Shown: positions 20,436 to 31,515 of the stretch, piece by piece | Layout of the letters: the number at the start of each line of letters is the position of its first letter | Numbering within the stretch: position 1 is the first letter of the stretch | Source: Frankiales bacterium | GTDB lineage: Bacteria; Actinomycetota; Actinomycetes; Mycobacteriales; SCTD01 | NCBI GenBank assembly: GCA_025965475.1 | Contig: JAOPWV010000077.1 | Location: 4,313-68,312, forward strand | Reading direction: 5' to 3' | DNA length: 64,000 bases | Made by a program: the position numbers and the translations under genes | The notes under the pieces: generated by a model | Seen by the model: the letters and a program-made list of their open reading frames with translations, nothing else | Told to the model about the DNA's origin: nothing | Databases searched by the model: none

Positions 20436-21434
20436 ATGCGCCCTGCTCCCCGCGCCGCCCCGCCGGGCTGGCAGGTCTGGACCGCGCTCGGGATCGTCTA
20501 CGTCGTCTGGGGTTCGACCTACCTCGCCATCCGGTACGTCGTCGGGTCGCTGCCCCCGATGTTCTCGGCCTGCACCCGGTTCGCGCTGGCCGGCCTGGTC
20601 CTCGCCACCTTCCTCGCCGTACGCCACCGGCCCGGTGCCTGGCGGGCGACCCGCCGGCAGTGGCTCAACGCCGGGCTGATCGGGGTGATGCTCCTGTGCG
20701 GCGGCAACGGCGGGGTGACGCTGGCCGAGGACCGCGGGCTGCCATCGGGGCTCACGGCGCTGCTCGTGGCCGCCGTACCGCTCTGGGTGGTGCTGCTGCG
20801 GCTGCTCGACGGCGACCGGCCGGCCCGGCGCACGCTCATCGGGGTGGGTATCGGCTTCGTCGGGCTGGCGGTGCTGCTCGGCCCCGGCGCGCGGCCGTCC
20901 GCCGTGAGCGCCGGCGCGGCGGCGCTGGTGCTGGGTTCGAGCCTGCTGTGGGCGGCCGGGTCGTACCTCGCCACCCGCCTGGAGCTGCCCGCCGAGCCGC
21001 TCCTGGCGACGGTGGCCCAGATGGCCGGCGGGGCGATCGGTTTCGCGCTGATCGGGTCGATCCGGCACGAGACGCTCGATCCCGCGCATGTGCAGACCTC
21101 CTCGCTCGTGGCGCTGGCCTACCTGGTCGTGTTCGGCTCCGTCGTGGCCTTCACGGCGTACTCCTGGCTGCTGGGCGTGGCGCCGGTGTCCAAGGTCGCG
21201 ACCTACGCGTACGTGAACCCGGTGGTGGCGGTGCTGCTGGGATCACTGTTCGTCGGCGAGACGGTCACCGGGACGGCCCTTTTCGGCGGCGCCCTGACCC
21301 TGCTCGCGGTCGCCGTCGTGGTGTCGGAGGAGGGGCGACGGCGCGGGGACCTGCCGCTGGAGGTGCCGGCCGATGCGCCGGTGGCTCAGACCCCCGACGA
21401 CGTACAGGGGCGCGAACGCAGCTCGAGGACGTAG
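20436..21434 (+). CDS. EamA/DMT-family transporter
   Basis: 332 aa, about 10 TM helices. VVWGSTYLAIRY marks the start of the duplicated EamA domains. Confidence 0.85.
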   Translation: MRPAPRAAPPGWQVWTALGIVYVVWGSTYLAIRYVVGSLPPMFSACTRFALAGLVLATFLAVRHRPGAWRATRRQWLNAGLIGVMLLCGGNGGVTLAEDRGLPSGLTALLVAAVPLWVVLLRLLDGDRPARRTLIGVGIGFVGLAVLLGPGARPSAVSAGAAALVLGSSLLWAAGSYLATRLELPAEPLLATVAQMAGGAIGFALIGSIRHETLDPAHVQTSSLVALAYLVVFGSVVAFTAYSWLLGVAPVSKVATYAYVNPVVAVLLGSLFVGETVTGTALFGGALTLLAVAVVVSEEGRRRGDLPLEVPADAPVAQTPDDVQGRERSSRT

Positions 21435-21838
21435 TCGTCCGGGGCGCCGGCCGCCTCGGCCGCGGCGGCCAGGACGCCGAGATAGCGCGCGGAGGGGAGG
21501 CCGCCCTCGTAGCCGTTCAGCACGTAGACCCAGGCCAGGCGCTCGTCGTCGAGGGTGTGCACGCGCACGCGCAGCTTGCGGTACAGCCCGTTGTCGGCGC
21601 CCTCCCAGGCGTCGAGCTGGCGGACGTCGCCGTCGGTCAGGTCGTAGAGCGCGACGAACACGTGCTCGCCGGGAGCCTCGACCAGCGTCGCCAGGGCGCC
21701 CTCCCAGCCCAGGTCCTCGCCGCCGAACGTCAGCCGCCAGCCCTCGATCCAACCGGTTCCCGCAAGCGGCGAGTGGGGGCACCGCTCGTGCATCTGGGTG
21801 GGGTCACAGTTGCTGCCATACGCGGCATAGAGCGCCAT
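21386..21838 (-). CDS. Gamma-glutamylcyclotransferase (AIG2/GGCT-like) family protein
   Basis: 150 aa. The MALYAAYGSNCDPTQMHERCP start (YGSN motif) is typical of the GGCT fold. Its 3' end overlaps the EamA gene by 49 nt (convergent). Confidence 0.8.
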   Translation of the reverse strand: MALYAAYGSNCDPTQMHERCPHSPLAGTGWIEGWRLTFGGEDLGWEGALATLVEAPGEHVFVALYDLTDGDVRQLDAWEGADNGLYRKLRVRVHTLDDERLAWVYVLNGYEGGLPSARYLGVLAAAAEAAGAPDDYVLELRSRPCTSSGV

Positions 21839-21879
21839 GCGCCGGAGACTAGCCGGGCCCGGAATGGGACCATGTACCC

Positions 21880-23253
21880 GTGACTCGCATCGCGATCGTC
21901 GGAGGCGGCCCGGCCGGCTACGAGGCGGCCCTGGTGGCTGTGCAGCTCGGCGCGACCGTGACCGTCGTCGAACGCGACGGCGTCGGCGGCCAGTGCGTGC
22001 TGGCCGACTGCGTGCCCTCCAAGACGTTCATCGCCACGAGCGAGGCGATGACGGAGTTGTCCGAGGCGGACCGCGTCGGCGTGCACGCCGGCGAGGTCGT
22101 CTCGGTGCGCACCCCGGAGGTGCACGCCCGCGTCAAGGCGCTCGCGCTCGCGCAGTCGGCGGACATCAGCCGCAGCCTCGGCCGGGCCGGCGTCCAGGTC
22201 CTGCTCGGCAGCGCGTGCCTCAAGGGCGGCGGCAAGGTCGAGGTGACGGGCGAGGACGGCGAGCAGCAGCTGCTGGAGGCCGACGTCATCCTGCTCGCGA
22301 CGGGTGCGCACCCTCGCGTCGTGCCGGGCGCCGAGCCCGACGGCGAGCGGATCCTCGACTGGCGCCAGCTCTACGACCTGCCGGAGCTGCCCGAGCGGCT
22401 GGTGGTCGTCGGCTCGGGTGTCACCGGTGCCGAGTTCGCCAGCGCGTACCTCGCGATGGGCTCACAGGTCTCCCTCGTCTCCAGCCGCGAGCGCGTGCTC
22501 CCCGGCGAGGACAGCGACGCCGCAGAGGTGCTGCAGGCCGTGTTCGAGCGCCGCGGGATGAACGTCGTGCGCGGACGCGCGGCCGGTGTGGAGCGGACCG
22601 CCGACGGCGTCGTCGTACGCCTGACCGACGGCTCGACCGTCGAGGGCAGCCACGCGCTGATGACCGTCGGGTCGATCCCGAACACCGACGACCTGGGGCT
22701 CGAGAACGCCGGCGTGACGCTGACCGAGGGCGGGTTCGTCCAGGTCGACCGGGTGTCGCGGACGACCGCGCCCGGGATCTACGCCGCCGGCGACTGCACG
22801 GGCGTGCTGATGCTCGCGTCGGTCGCGGCGATGCAGGGCCGGATCGCAATGTGGCACGCGCTCGGCGAGGCGGTCGCCCCGATGCGTCTCGGCACGGTGG
22901 CGGCGAACGTGTTCACCGACCCGGAGGTCGCCTCCGTCGGGGTGACGCAGAAGCAGGTGGAGTCGGGCACCGTGCAGGCGCAGGGCGTGCGGCTGCCGCT
23001 CGCGACCAACGCCCGCGCGAAGATGCAGGGGATCACCGACGGCTTCGTGAAGCTGTTCTGCCGCCCCGGCTCCGGGACGATCGTCGGCGGCGTCGTCGTC
23101 GCCCCCAAGGCGAGCGAGCTGATCCTGGCGGTGTCGCTGGCGGTCCAGAACGGCTTGACGGTGGACCAGGTCGCCCACACGTTCGCGATCTACCCGTCGC
23201 TGTCCGGCTCGCTCACGGAGGCGGCCCGCCAGCTCATGCTGCACGAGTCCTGA
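21880..23253 (+). CDS. Pyridine nucleotide-disulfide oxidoreductase, dihydrolipoyl dehydrogenase-like (NAD(P)H-quinone dehydrogenase type)
   Basis: 457 aa. IVGGGPAGYEAA FAD motif, redox-active GGQCVLADCVPSK, and a C-terminal dimerisation domain. Confidence 0.88.
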   Translation: MTRIAIVGGGPAGYEAALVAVQLGATVTVVERDGVGGQCVLADCVPSKTFIATSEAMTELSEADRVGVHAGEVVSVRTPEVHARVKALALAQSADISRSLGRAGVQVLLGSACLKGGGKVEVTGEDGEQQLLEADVILLATGAHPRVVPGAEPDGERILDWRQLYDLPELPERLVVVGSGVTGAEFASAYLAMGSQVSLVSSRERVLPGEDSDAAEVLQAVFERRGMNVVRGRAAGVERTADGVVVRLTDGSTVEGSHALMTVGSIPNTDDLGLENAGVTLTEGGFVQVDRVSRTTAPGIYAAGDCTGVLMLASVAAMQGRIAMWHALGEAVAPMRLGTVAANVFTDPEVASVGVTQKQVESGTVQAQGVRLPLATNARAKMQGITDGFVKLFCRPGSGTIVGGVVVAPKASELILAVSLAVQNGLTVDQVAHTFAIYPSLSGSLTEAARQLMLHES

Positions 23254-23311
23254 GCCGCGGTACCGCTACCTGCCGCGGGTCAGCACCTGTCCCCGCGCCG
23301 CACCATCCCGC

Positions 23312-23354
23312 TGCGTCCGGCTGATCGTGGCTCAGGAGCCACCGTTGCCCGGAC
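23312..23354. repeat. 43-bp palindromic element, copy 1
   Basis: tgcgtccggctgatcgtggctcaggagccaccgttgcccggac is identical to the sequence at 23386-23428. Internal inverted repeats: gtccgg/ccggac and gtggc/gccac. Confidence 0.85.
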
Positions 23355-23385
23355 ACAGCCCGATCCGGTCGCCGCGCTAGGGCGT

Positions 23386-23428
23386 TGCGTCCGGCTGATC
23401 GTGGCTCAGGAGCCACCGTTGCCCGGAC
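23386..23428. repeat. 43-bp palindromic element, copy 2
   Basis: Perfect copy, 74 bp downstream of copy 1. Here the outer stem extends to 9 bp (tgcgtccgg / ccggacgca, ending at 23431). gcccggac (23421-23428) can also pair with gtccgggc (23439-23446). Confidence 0.85.
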
Positions 23429-23455
23429 GCAAGCACTTGTCCGGGCGCGGGTCGG

Positions 23456-25201
23456 TCAGTCCTTGATCTCGCAGATGACGGCGCCGCTGGTCACGGTCTC
23501 GCCGACGGCGGCGGCCAGCCCCGTGACGGTGCCGGCCTTGTGCGCGTTCAGCGGCTGCTCCATCTTCATCGCCTCGAGCACGACGATGAGGTCGCCCGCG
23601 GCGACAGTCGCGCCGTCCTCGACGGCGACCTTCACGATGGTGCCCTGCATCGGCGAGGTCAGCGTGTCGCCGGAGGCCTGCGCCGCGCCCCCGCCGCCGC
23701 CGGCCTTGCGCGGCGCGTTCTTCTTGCGGGCCGGACCGGACGGGGCGCCGAGACCGGCGGGCAGGGTGACCTCGAGCCGCTTGCCCCCGACCTCCACGAC
23801 GACCGTCTCGCGCGGCTCGGTCTCCTCCGCGTCGGCCTCGCCGCCGGCGTACGGCGGGATGTCGTTGTCGAACTCGGTCTCGATCCAGCGGTTGTGCACC
23901 GAGAACGGCTCGGCGGTGAAAGCCGGGTCCTGGACCACCTTGCGGTGGAAGGGGATCAGCGTGGCCATCCCCTCCACCTCCATCTCGGCGAGCGCGCGGG
24001 CCGAGCGCTCCAGCGCCTCCTGGCGGGTGGCGCCGGTCACGATCAGCTTGGCGAGCAGCGAGTCGAAGGCGCCACCGATGACCGAGCCGGACTCGACGCC
24101 GCTGTCGACGCGTACGCCGGGGCCGAGCGGGGGGACGAGCCGGGTGACCGTGCCCGGTGCGGGCAGGAACCCGCGGCCCGGGTCCTCGCCGTTGATGCGG
24201 AACTCGAACGCGTGCCCGCGCGGCTGCGGGTCGCCGAAGGACAGCTCGAGGCCGTCGGCGATGCGGAACTGCTCGCGCACCAGGTCGACGCCGGTGGTCT
24301 CCTCGGTGACCGGGTGCTCCACCTGCAGGCGGGTGTTGACCTCGAGGAAGGAGATGAGGCCGTCCTGCGCGACGAGGAACTCGCACGTGCCGGCGCCGAC
24401 GTAGTTCGCCTCCCGGATGATCTTCTTGGAGGCGTCGTACAGGGTCGCGAGCTGCTCGTCGGTCAGGAAGGGCGCGGGCGCCTCCTCCACGACCTTCTGG
24501 TAGCGGCGCTGCAGCGAGCAGTCGCGGGTACCCACGACGACCACGTTGCCGTGGCTGTCGGCGAGCACCTGGGTCTCGACGTGGCGCGGCTTGTCCAGGT
24601 AGCGCTCGACGAAGCACTCGCCCCGGCCGAAGGCGGCGACGGCCTCGCGGACGGCCGACTCGTACAGCTCCGGGATCTCCTCCATCGTGCGGGCGATCTT
24701 CAGCCCGCGGCCACCACCGCCGAAGGCGGCCTTGATGGCGACAGGGACGCCGTACTCCTCGGCGAACGCGATGACCTCGTCGACGCCCTTCACGGGGTCG
24801 GCGGTCCCGGGCGCAAGCGGGGCACCGATCTTCAGCGCGATGTGCCGCGCGGTGGTCTTGTCGCCGAGCGCGGCGATCGCCTCGGGCGACGGGCCGATCC
24901 AGGTCACGCCCGCGTCGATGACCGCCTGCGCGAACTCGGCGTTCTCCGAGAGGAACCCGTAGCCGGGGTGGACGGCGTCGGCACCGGACTGCTTGACCGC
25001 GTCGAGGACCTTGTCGATGCGCAGGTACGAGTCGCCGGGAGTGGTCCCGCCCAGCGCGATGGCCTCGTCGGCGACGCGGACGTGCAGCGCATCGAGGTCG
25101 GGCTCTGCGTAGACCGCGACCGACTGCAGTCCGGCATCTCGGCAGGCACGGGCGACACGGACGGCGATCTCGCCACGGTTGGCGATCAGGACCTTCTGCA
25201 C
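23456..25201 (-). CDS. accA: Acetyl/propionyl-CoA carboxylase alpha subunit (biotin carboxylase + BCCP)
   Basis: 581 aa. [20 protein letters not shown], an ATP-grasp region, and a C-terminal biotinyl domain with the EAMKME motif. Confidence 0.93.
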   Translation of the reverse strand: MQKVLIANRGEIAVRVARACRDAGLQSVAVYAEPDLDALHVRVADEAIALGGTTPGDSYLRIDKVLDAVKQSGADAVHPGYGFLSENAEFAQAVIDAGVTWIGPSPEAIAALGDKTTARHIALKIGAPLAPGTADPVKGVDEVIAFAEEYGVPVAIKAAFGGGGRGLKIARTMEEIPELYESAVREAVAAFGRGECFVERYLDKPRHVETQVLADSHGNVVVVGTRDCSLQRRYQKVVEEAPAPFLTDEQLATLYDASKKIIREANYVGAGTCEFLVAQDGLISFLEVNTRLQVEHPVTEETTGVDLVREQFRIADGLELSFGDPQPRGHAFEFRINGEDPGRGFLPAPGTVTRLVPPLGPGVRVDSGVESGSVIGGAFDSLLAKLIVTGATRQEALERSARALAEMEVEGMATLIPFHRKVVQDPAFTAEPFSVHNRWIETEFDNDIPPYAGGEADAEETEPRETVVVEVGGKRLEVTLPAGLGAPSGPARKKNAPRKAGGGGGAAQASGDTLTSPMQGTIVKVAVEDGATVAAGDLIVVLEAMKMEQPLNAHKAGTVTGLAAAVGETVTSGAVICEIKD

Positions 25202-25286
25202 GGTGGCCGGTCTCCGCAGGTCTCGGGGGGCTCCTACCGGGTCCGGGGGATCCGGGGGGAGAGCGCCGAGGAGGCGCGTCCGGAGC

Positions 25287-25997
25287 CTAGCGAGGGCGCT
25301 GCGCAGCTGTGTCGGCCGGTAGGTCGGCCGGTAGGTCGGCCGCTGGCCCGGCCGGTGCGCAGGGCGGCAGCGCCACCGAGCCCGGACTGCGGTCCTCGGC
25401 GTTCCCCGCGGCGGTCACCACCAGGCCGATGGCGACCCCGATGGTCCACGCGGTGAGGTGGCCGAGGTCGGTGAACGTGTCGGACACGGCCAGGCGGGCG
25501 ACCAGCAGCAGCGTCCCGGCGAGGACCCAACGGAGCCGGTGCTCGGGGCGGCGGGCGGTGAGAACGCCGAGCACCGCGGCGACGCCGTAGCTGACGCCGA
25601 CGTCGGGCTGCTGGGCGATCGACCGGTCGAGCTGGTGGTGGGCGATGCCGGTGGCGAGCAGCACCGCCACGAACAGCGTCGCCCCGACGTGACCGAAGAC
25701 CGCGACGACGAGTGTGGCGAGCCGGCCGACCCAGCGCTGCGCGGCGCCGTAGGCGACGACCAGCGGGGCCAGGACCCACAGGCCGGCGGGCGTGGCGACG
25801 ACGAACGCGCTCAGTCCGAGCACGAACAGCGGGCGCTGACGCAGGTTCGCGAGGTTGGTGCTGCTGTCCAGGACCAGCTGGTGGCCGTGCGCGGCCGGCA
25901 GCGCGGAGATCGCGACGGCGATCACCAGGACGACGACGGCGTACCCGACGGCCAGGTCGCGGCCGGCCAGGGCCCGGCGGACGCGAGTGCCCTGCAT
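25287..25997 (-). CDS. Polytopic membrane protein (rhomboid-like fold possible), unknown function
   Basis: About 236 aa from MQGTRV, with 6-7 TM helices. The C-terminal [11 protein letters not shown] is encoded by a tandem 12-bp repeat at 25311-25342. Confidence 0.6.
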   Translation of the reverse strand: MQGTRVRRALAGRDLAVGYAVVVLVIAVAISALPAAHGHQLVLDSSTNLANLRQRPLFVLGLSAFVVATPAGLWVLAPLVVAYGAAQRWVGRLATLVVAVFGHVGATLFVAVLLATGIAHHQLDRSIAQQPDVGVSYGVAAVLGVLTARRPEHRLRWVLAGTLLLVARLAVSDTFTDLGHLTAWTIGVAIGLVVTAAGNAEDRSPGSVALPPCAPAGPAADLPADLPADTAAQRPR

Positions 25998-26004
25998 GCC
26001 TGAC

Positions 26005-26228
26005 CTACCGGGGCAGCCCGGAGGCCCGCCAGGCACCCGGCCCGTGCGGCAGGTGGCCGCGCAGCGTCGGGATCGACCACAGCGAGCGGGGCGCGGGGGC
26101 CGGCTCCTCGTCGGCCCCCCGGGCGAGGAGCACCGTGACCACCGCGGCCAGCTCCTCGGCCGTGGGCTCGCCGCGCACGACCCGCAGGATCGGGCGGGAC
26201 GGCTGCTCCGGGGTGGCGCCGGCGTCCG

Positions 26229-26232
<4 letters not shown>
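26005..26232 (-). CDS. Acyl-CoA carboxylase epsilon subunit
   Basis: 75 aa. The GTG overlaps the pccB stop (GTGA). [22 protein letters not shown] is the hallmark of actinobacterial AccE/PccE peptides. Confidence 0.8.
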
Positions 26233-27833
<1,601 letters not shown>

Positions 27834-27873
27834 GCGGCGGAGGCTACTCGGCGGTTCTGGCACTCTGCTGAGG

Positions 27874-28641
27874 GTGTACGACGACCTCGCGCGGCCGCCC
27901 CTTCGTCCCGCCTCCCTGAACCGGGCGCTGGCGTCGGACGGGTGGCGGGTCGAGGTGCTGCCGGAGACGGAGTCCACGAACGCCGTCGTGGCCGGGCGCG
28001 CCCGCGCGGGCGAGCCGGCGGGCCTGGTCGTCGTCGCCGAACAGCAGACCGCGGGACGCGGGCGTCTCGGCCGGTCGTGGGTCTCGCCGCCCCGGGCCGG
28101 CCTCACGTTCTCGGTGCTCCTGCGGCCGACCCTGCCGCTGGCCCACTGGGGCTGGGTGCCGCTGCTGAGCGGCCTCGCGGTCGCCCGTGCGCTGCGTGGG
28201 CAGACCGGCCTGGACGCGCTGCTCAAGTGGCCGAACGACGTCCTCGTGTCCGGCCGGAAGGTGTGCGGCGTGCTCGCCGAGGTCGCGGCCCCCGGGGCGG
28301 CGGTGGTCGGCATCGGGCTCAACGTCACGACCCGGCGCGAGGAGCTGCCGCACGACGGGGCCAGCTCGCTGCAGCTGGAGGGCTCCGGCACGACCGATCG
28401 CGACACGATCCTGCGCGCGGTGCTGCGCGAGCTGTCGGCCGTGACGGCTGACGACGCGGCCGCGCGGGCCGACTACCGGCGGCTGTGCGCCACCCTCGGC
28501 GCGCCGGTCCGCGTCGAACTGCCCGCGGGACCCCCCGTCATCGGCACCGCCGACGGGGTGGACGACGACGGACGGCTCATCGTCGACGGGACGCCGTACG
28601 GCGCCGGCGACGTGGTGCACCTGCGACCCGCCACGCCCTGA
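27874..28641 (+). CDS. birA: Biotin--[acetyl-CoA-carboxylase] ligase
   Basis: ETESTNAVV...[15 protein letters not shown]...LKWPNDVL...KVCGVLAE motifs. The start is uncertain: GTG 27874 is chosen, with CTG 27868 as an alternative. Confidence 0.88.
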   Translation: MYDDLARPPLRPASLNRALASDGWRVEVLPETESTNAVVAGRARAGEPAGLVVVAEQQTAGRGRLGRSWVSPPRAGLTFSVLLRPTLPLAHWGWVPLLSGLAVARALRGQTGLDALLKWPNDVLVSGRKVCGVLAEVAAPGAAVVGIGLNVTTRREELPHDGASSLQLEGSGTTDRDTILRAVLRELSAVTADDAAARADYRRLCATLGAPVRVELPAGPPVIGTADGVDDDGRLIVDGTPYGAGDVVHLRPATP

Positions 28642-28684
28642 CGCGGGCTCCCGGTGGCGGGTGGTCTGAGCCACACTGGGGATC

Positions 28685-29200
28685 ATGGCGTTCCCCGCGA
28701 AACTGCTGGCCGAGGACGAGCGGCTGGTGCTCGACCTGCACCCGCACTGGAAGGCGCTCGTCAGCCCGGCGGTGACGCTGGTCCTGGTGCTGGGCGCCGC
28801 CGGGTTCGCCGCCGCCGCGCTGCCCGAGGGCAGGTACCAGGGCTGGGGCCGGCTCGGCGTGGTCGTCGTGGCGGTCGCCCTGCTCGGGGCGTACGCGCTG
28901 CGGCCGTTCCTGCGGTGGGTCACGACGCACTTCGTGGTCACCGACCGGCGGGTGCTGGTGCGCACCGGGATCCTGGCCCGCACCGGCCGCGACGTGCCGC
29001 TGTCGCGGATCAACGACATCACGTTCAGCCACACGCTGCTCGAGCGCATGCTCGGCTGCGGGACGCTCGTCGTCGAGTCGGCAGGGGAACGCGGGCAGGT
29101 CGTGCTGCACGAGGTGCCGGCCGTCGAGAGCGTGCAGCGACGGCTCTACGACCTCGTCGAGCGGACGGACGAGCGGATGCGCGGGTTCAGGGCGGAGTGA
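28685..29200 (+). CDS. Bacterial PH-domain (bPH_2/YdbS-like) membrane protein
   Basis: 171 aa. Two TM helices are followed by VVTDRRVLVRTGILARTGRDVPLSRINDITF...GTLVVES. Confidence 0.8.
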   Translation: MAFPAKLLAEDERLVLDLHPHWKALVSPAVTLVLVLGAAGFAAAALPEGRYQGWGRLGVVVVAVALLGAYALRPFLRWVTTHFVVTDRRVLVRTGILARTGRDVPLSRINDITFSHTLLERMLGCGTLVVESAGERGQVVLHEVPAVESVQRRLYDLVERTDERMRGFRAE

Positions 29201-29507
29201 GCCGGTCCCGCCGGCCGAGCACCTCACCGTCGACGATCCGGTCCGGGTCGAACGGCGGCCAGTCGCCCTGTGGAGGGCGGACCCGCTCGTAGACGTCGGT
29301 CTGCCGGCGGGCTCCGGCCTGCTCACCCGGTCCACCGGCGTTCACGCCGATGCCGGAGAGCACCGCCACGAGCCCGGCGGCGACGCAGACCGCGGCGGCC
29401 GCCGCCCCGGAGGGCATGACGAAGGCCGACAGGACGAAGGCGAGCAGGGCCACCGCGCGCAGGGAGAGGTAGGTCACCTGCCTACGGCCCATCCGGCGCA
29501 TGCCCAC
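29187..29507 (-). CDS. Small membrane protein (DUF3099-like)
   Basis: 106 aa with two TM helices and a basic N-terminus. Convergent with the PH-domain gene, overlapping it by 14 nt. Confidence 0.55.
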   Translation of the reverse strand: MGMRRMGRRQVTYLSLRAVALLAFVLSAFVMPSGAAAAAVCVAAGLVAVLSGIGVNAGGPGEQAGARRQTDVYERVRPPQGDWPPFDPDRIVDGEVLGRRDRLTPP

Positions 29508-29568
29508 GACGGTACGCCGATCACGGGCACCGGGCAGGCCGTCTCTGCCGCCCCGTTAGCCTGCGCGC

Positions 29569-30537
29569 ATGGGGGCTGACCGCCAGGAGCTCGCGGGTCT
29601 CGACGAGGCGCTGCTGGGCGCGCCCTGCACCCTGACCCGCGACGAGGTGACGGCCCGGGCGGGCGTGGGCACCGACGAGGCGCGGGCGGTCTGGGCGGCC
29701 ATGGGCTTCGCCGAGGTGCCGCCGGACGAGCGGGTGTTCACCGAGCGGGACGTCGAGGCGCTGCGGACGGCGTTCGCCCTGCGCGCCACCGGCCTGGTGG
29801 ACCCCGACACCCTGCTCGTGCTGGCCCGGGCGATGGGCCAGGGCCTCGCCCGGCTCGCGGAGGCGCAGGTCGAGGTGTTCCGCGGCCAGGCCGACGGGAT
29901 GACGGTCGAGCAGGCGTACGAGGCGGCGACGGCTGCGGCGGACGACGTGGTGCCCGGGCTGGAACGGCTGCTGGTGCACGTGTGGCGGCGCCAGTTCGCC
30001 GCGGCCACCGAGCGGTCCCTGGCCACCCTCACCGTCGGGCATCCGGTGCTGGCGGTCGGGTTCGTCGACCTGGTCGGCTTCACCCAGACCAGCCGGGAGT
30101 ACGACGCCGGGCAGCTGCAGCGACTGCTGGAGCGGTTCGAGCGCGAGACGTCGCTGCGCGTCACCGCCTGCGGTGGCCGCGTGATCAAGATGCTCGGCGA
30201 CGAGGTGCTGTACGTGACCGACGACGTGGCCGGGGCCGCGGAGGTCGCGCTCGAGACGGTGGCGCTGCACGAGCAGGACGACTCGCTGCCCGAGGTGCGC
30301 GCCGGCGTGGCCCTGGGCCCGGTGCTGGCCAGGCTGGGCGACGTGTTCGGCGAACCGGTCAATCTTGCCAGCCGGCTGACCACGGAGGCGCGGCCCAGCA
30401 GCGTGCTCGTCGACCGGGTGGCGGCCGACGCGCTGCGGGACGACCCGGCGTACGAGCTGGTCCGGCTCAAGCACCGGTCGGTCCGCGGTTACCGCGCGCT
30501 GCGTCCGTACCTGCTCCGCAGGGCCGCCGCGTCGTAG
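29569..30537 (+). CDS. Class III adenylate/guanylate cyclase domain protein
   Basis: 322 aa. The C-terminal CHD has VGFVDLVGFT and GRVIKMLGDEVLYV. The N-terminal helical region of about 150 aa is uncharacterised. Confidence 0.88.
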   Translation: MGADRQELAGLDEALLGAPCTLTRDEVTARAGVGTDEARAVWAAMGFAEVPPDERVFTERDVEALRTAFALRATGLVDPDTLLVLARAMGQGLARLAEAQVEVFRGQADGMTVEQAYEAATAAADDVVPGLERLLVHVWRRQFAAATERSLATLTVGHPVLAVGFVDLVGFTQTSREYDAGQLQRLLERFERETSLRVTACGGRVIKMLGDEVLYVTDDVAGAAEVALETVALHEQDDSLPEVRAGVALGPVLARLGDVFGEPVNLASRLTTEARPSSVLVDRVAADALRDDPAYELVRLKHRSVRGYRALRPYLLRRAAAS

Positions 30538-30547
30538 CCTGGCGCGC

Positions 30548-31459
30548 ATGAGCGATCTGCCGGAGCGGATCAGCCTGCGCGAGGTGGGTCCCCGCGACGG
30601 GCTGCAGAACGAAGCGCCCGTCCCGACGGCCGCCAAGGTCGCCCTCATCGACGCGCTGTCCCGGACCGGCGTGGGCCGGATCGAGGCCGTCTCCTTCGTG
30701 CACCCGAAGGCGATCCCGTCGATGGCCGACGCCGCCGAGGTGTGGGTCGCGGTCGAGAAGTCCGACGCCGTCCGCTACTCCGCGCTGGTGCCCAACCTGC
30801 GCGGTGCCCAGCGTGCCCTGGACGCGGGCTTCCGGGAGATCGAGGTCGTCGTGTCGGCGTCGGACACGCACAACCGCAAGAACGTCAACCGGTCCACCGA
30901 GGAGTCGCTGGACGACATCGCCGTCCTGTTGCAGGCGGCCCACGACGCGGGTGCCATCTGTCAGGTCGTCGTGTCGACGGCGTTCGGCTGCCCCTACGAG
31001 GGCGACGTGCCGGTGCAGCGGGTGCTCGATGTCGCGGCGCGCGCGCTGGCGGACGGCGCGGACAGCCTGTCGTACGGCGACACCACCGGGATGGCCACGC
31101 CGTCCCGCGTCACCGCCCTCGTCGGCGCGACCCGCATGCGCCTGCCGGACGCGGACCTGAACCTGCACTTCCACAACACCCGCGGCACCGGGCTCGCCAA
31201 CGTGCTGGCCGCGCTGCAGCTCGGCATCGTCGACTACGACGCCTCGGTGGGCGGCCTCGGCGGCTGCCCGTACGCGCCCGGTGCGACCGGCAACGTCTGC
31301 ACGGAGGACCTGGTGCACATGGTCGAGGACATGGGGGTCGACACCGGCGTCGACCTCGACGCGCTGCTCGACGCGGCCCGCGAGGCCGAGCGCCTGGTCG
31401 GACGCACCCTGCCGTCCCAGGTGCTCCGTGCGGGACCCCGCACCCGGCTCGCCACCTGA
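30548..31459 (+). CDS. Hydroxymethylglutaryl-CoA lyase
   Basis: 303 aa. VGPRDGLQNE, EAVSFVHPKAIP, HFHNTRGTGLAN and GLGGCPYAPGATGN motifs. Confidence 0.92.
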   Translation: MSDLPERISLREVGPRDGLQNEAPVPTAAKVALIDALSRTGVGRIEAVSFVHPKAIPSMADAAEVWVAVEKSDAVRYSALVPNLRGAQRALDAGFREIEVVVSASDTHNRKNVNRSTEESLDDIAVLLQAAHDAGAICQVVVSTAFGCPYEGDVPVQRVLDVAARALADGADSLSYGDTTGMATPSRVTALVGATRMRLPDADLNLHFHNTRGTGLANVLAALQLGIVDYDASVGGLGGCPYAPGATGNVCTEDLVHMVEDMGVDTGVDLDALLDAAREAERLVGRTLPSQVLRAGPRTRLAT

Positions 31460-31515
31460 GCCAGCCATGCTGAACGGCACGTCCCTGACCCGCACGTACT
31501 CGTAGAGGAGCACAC

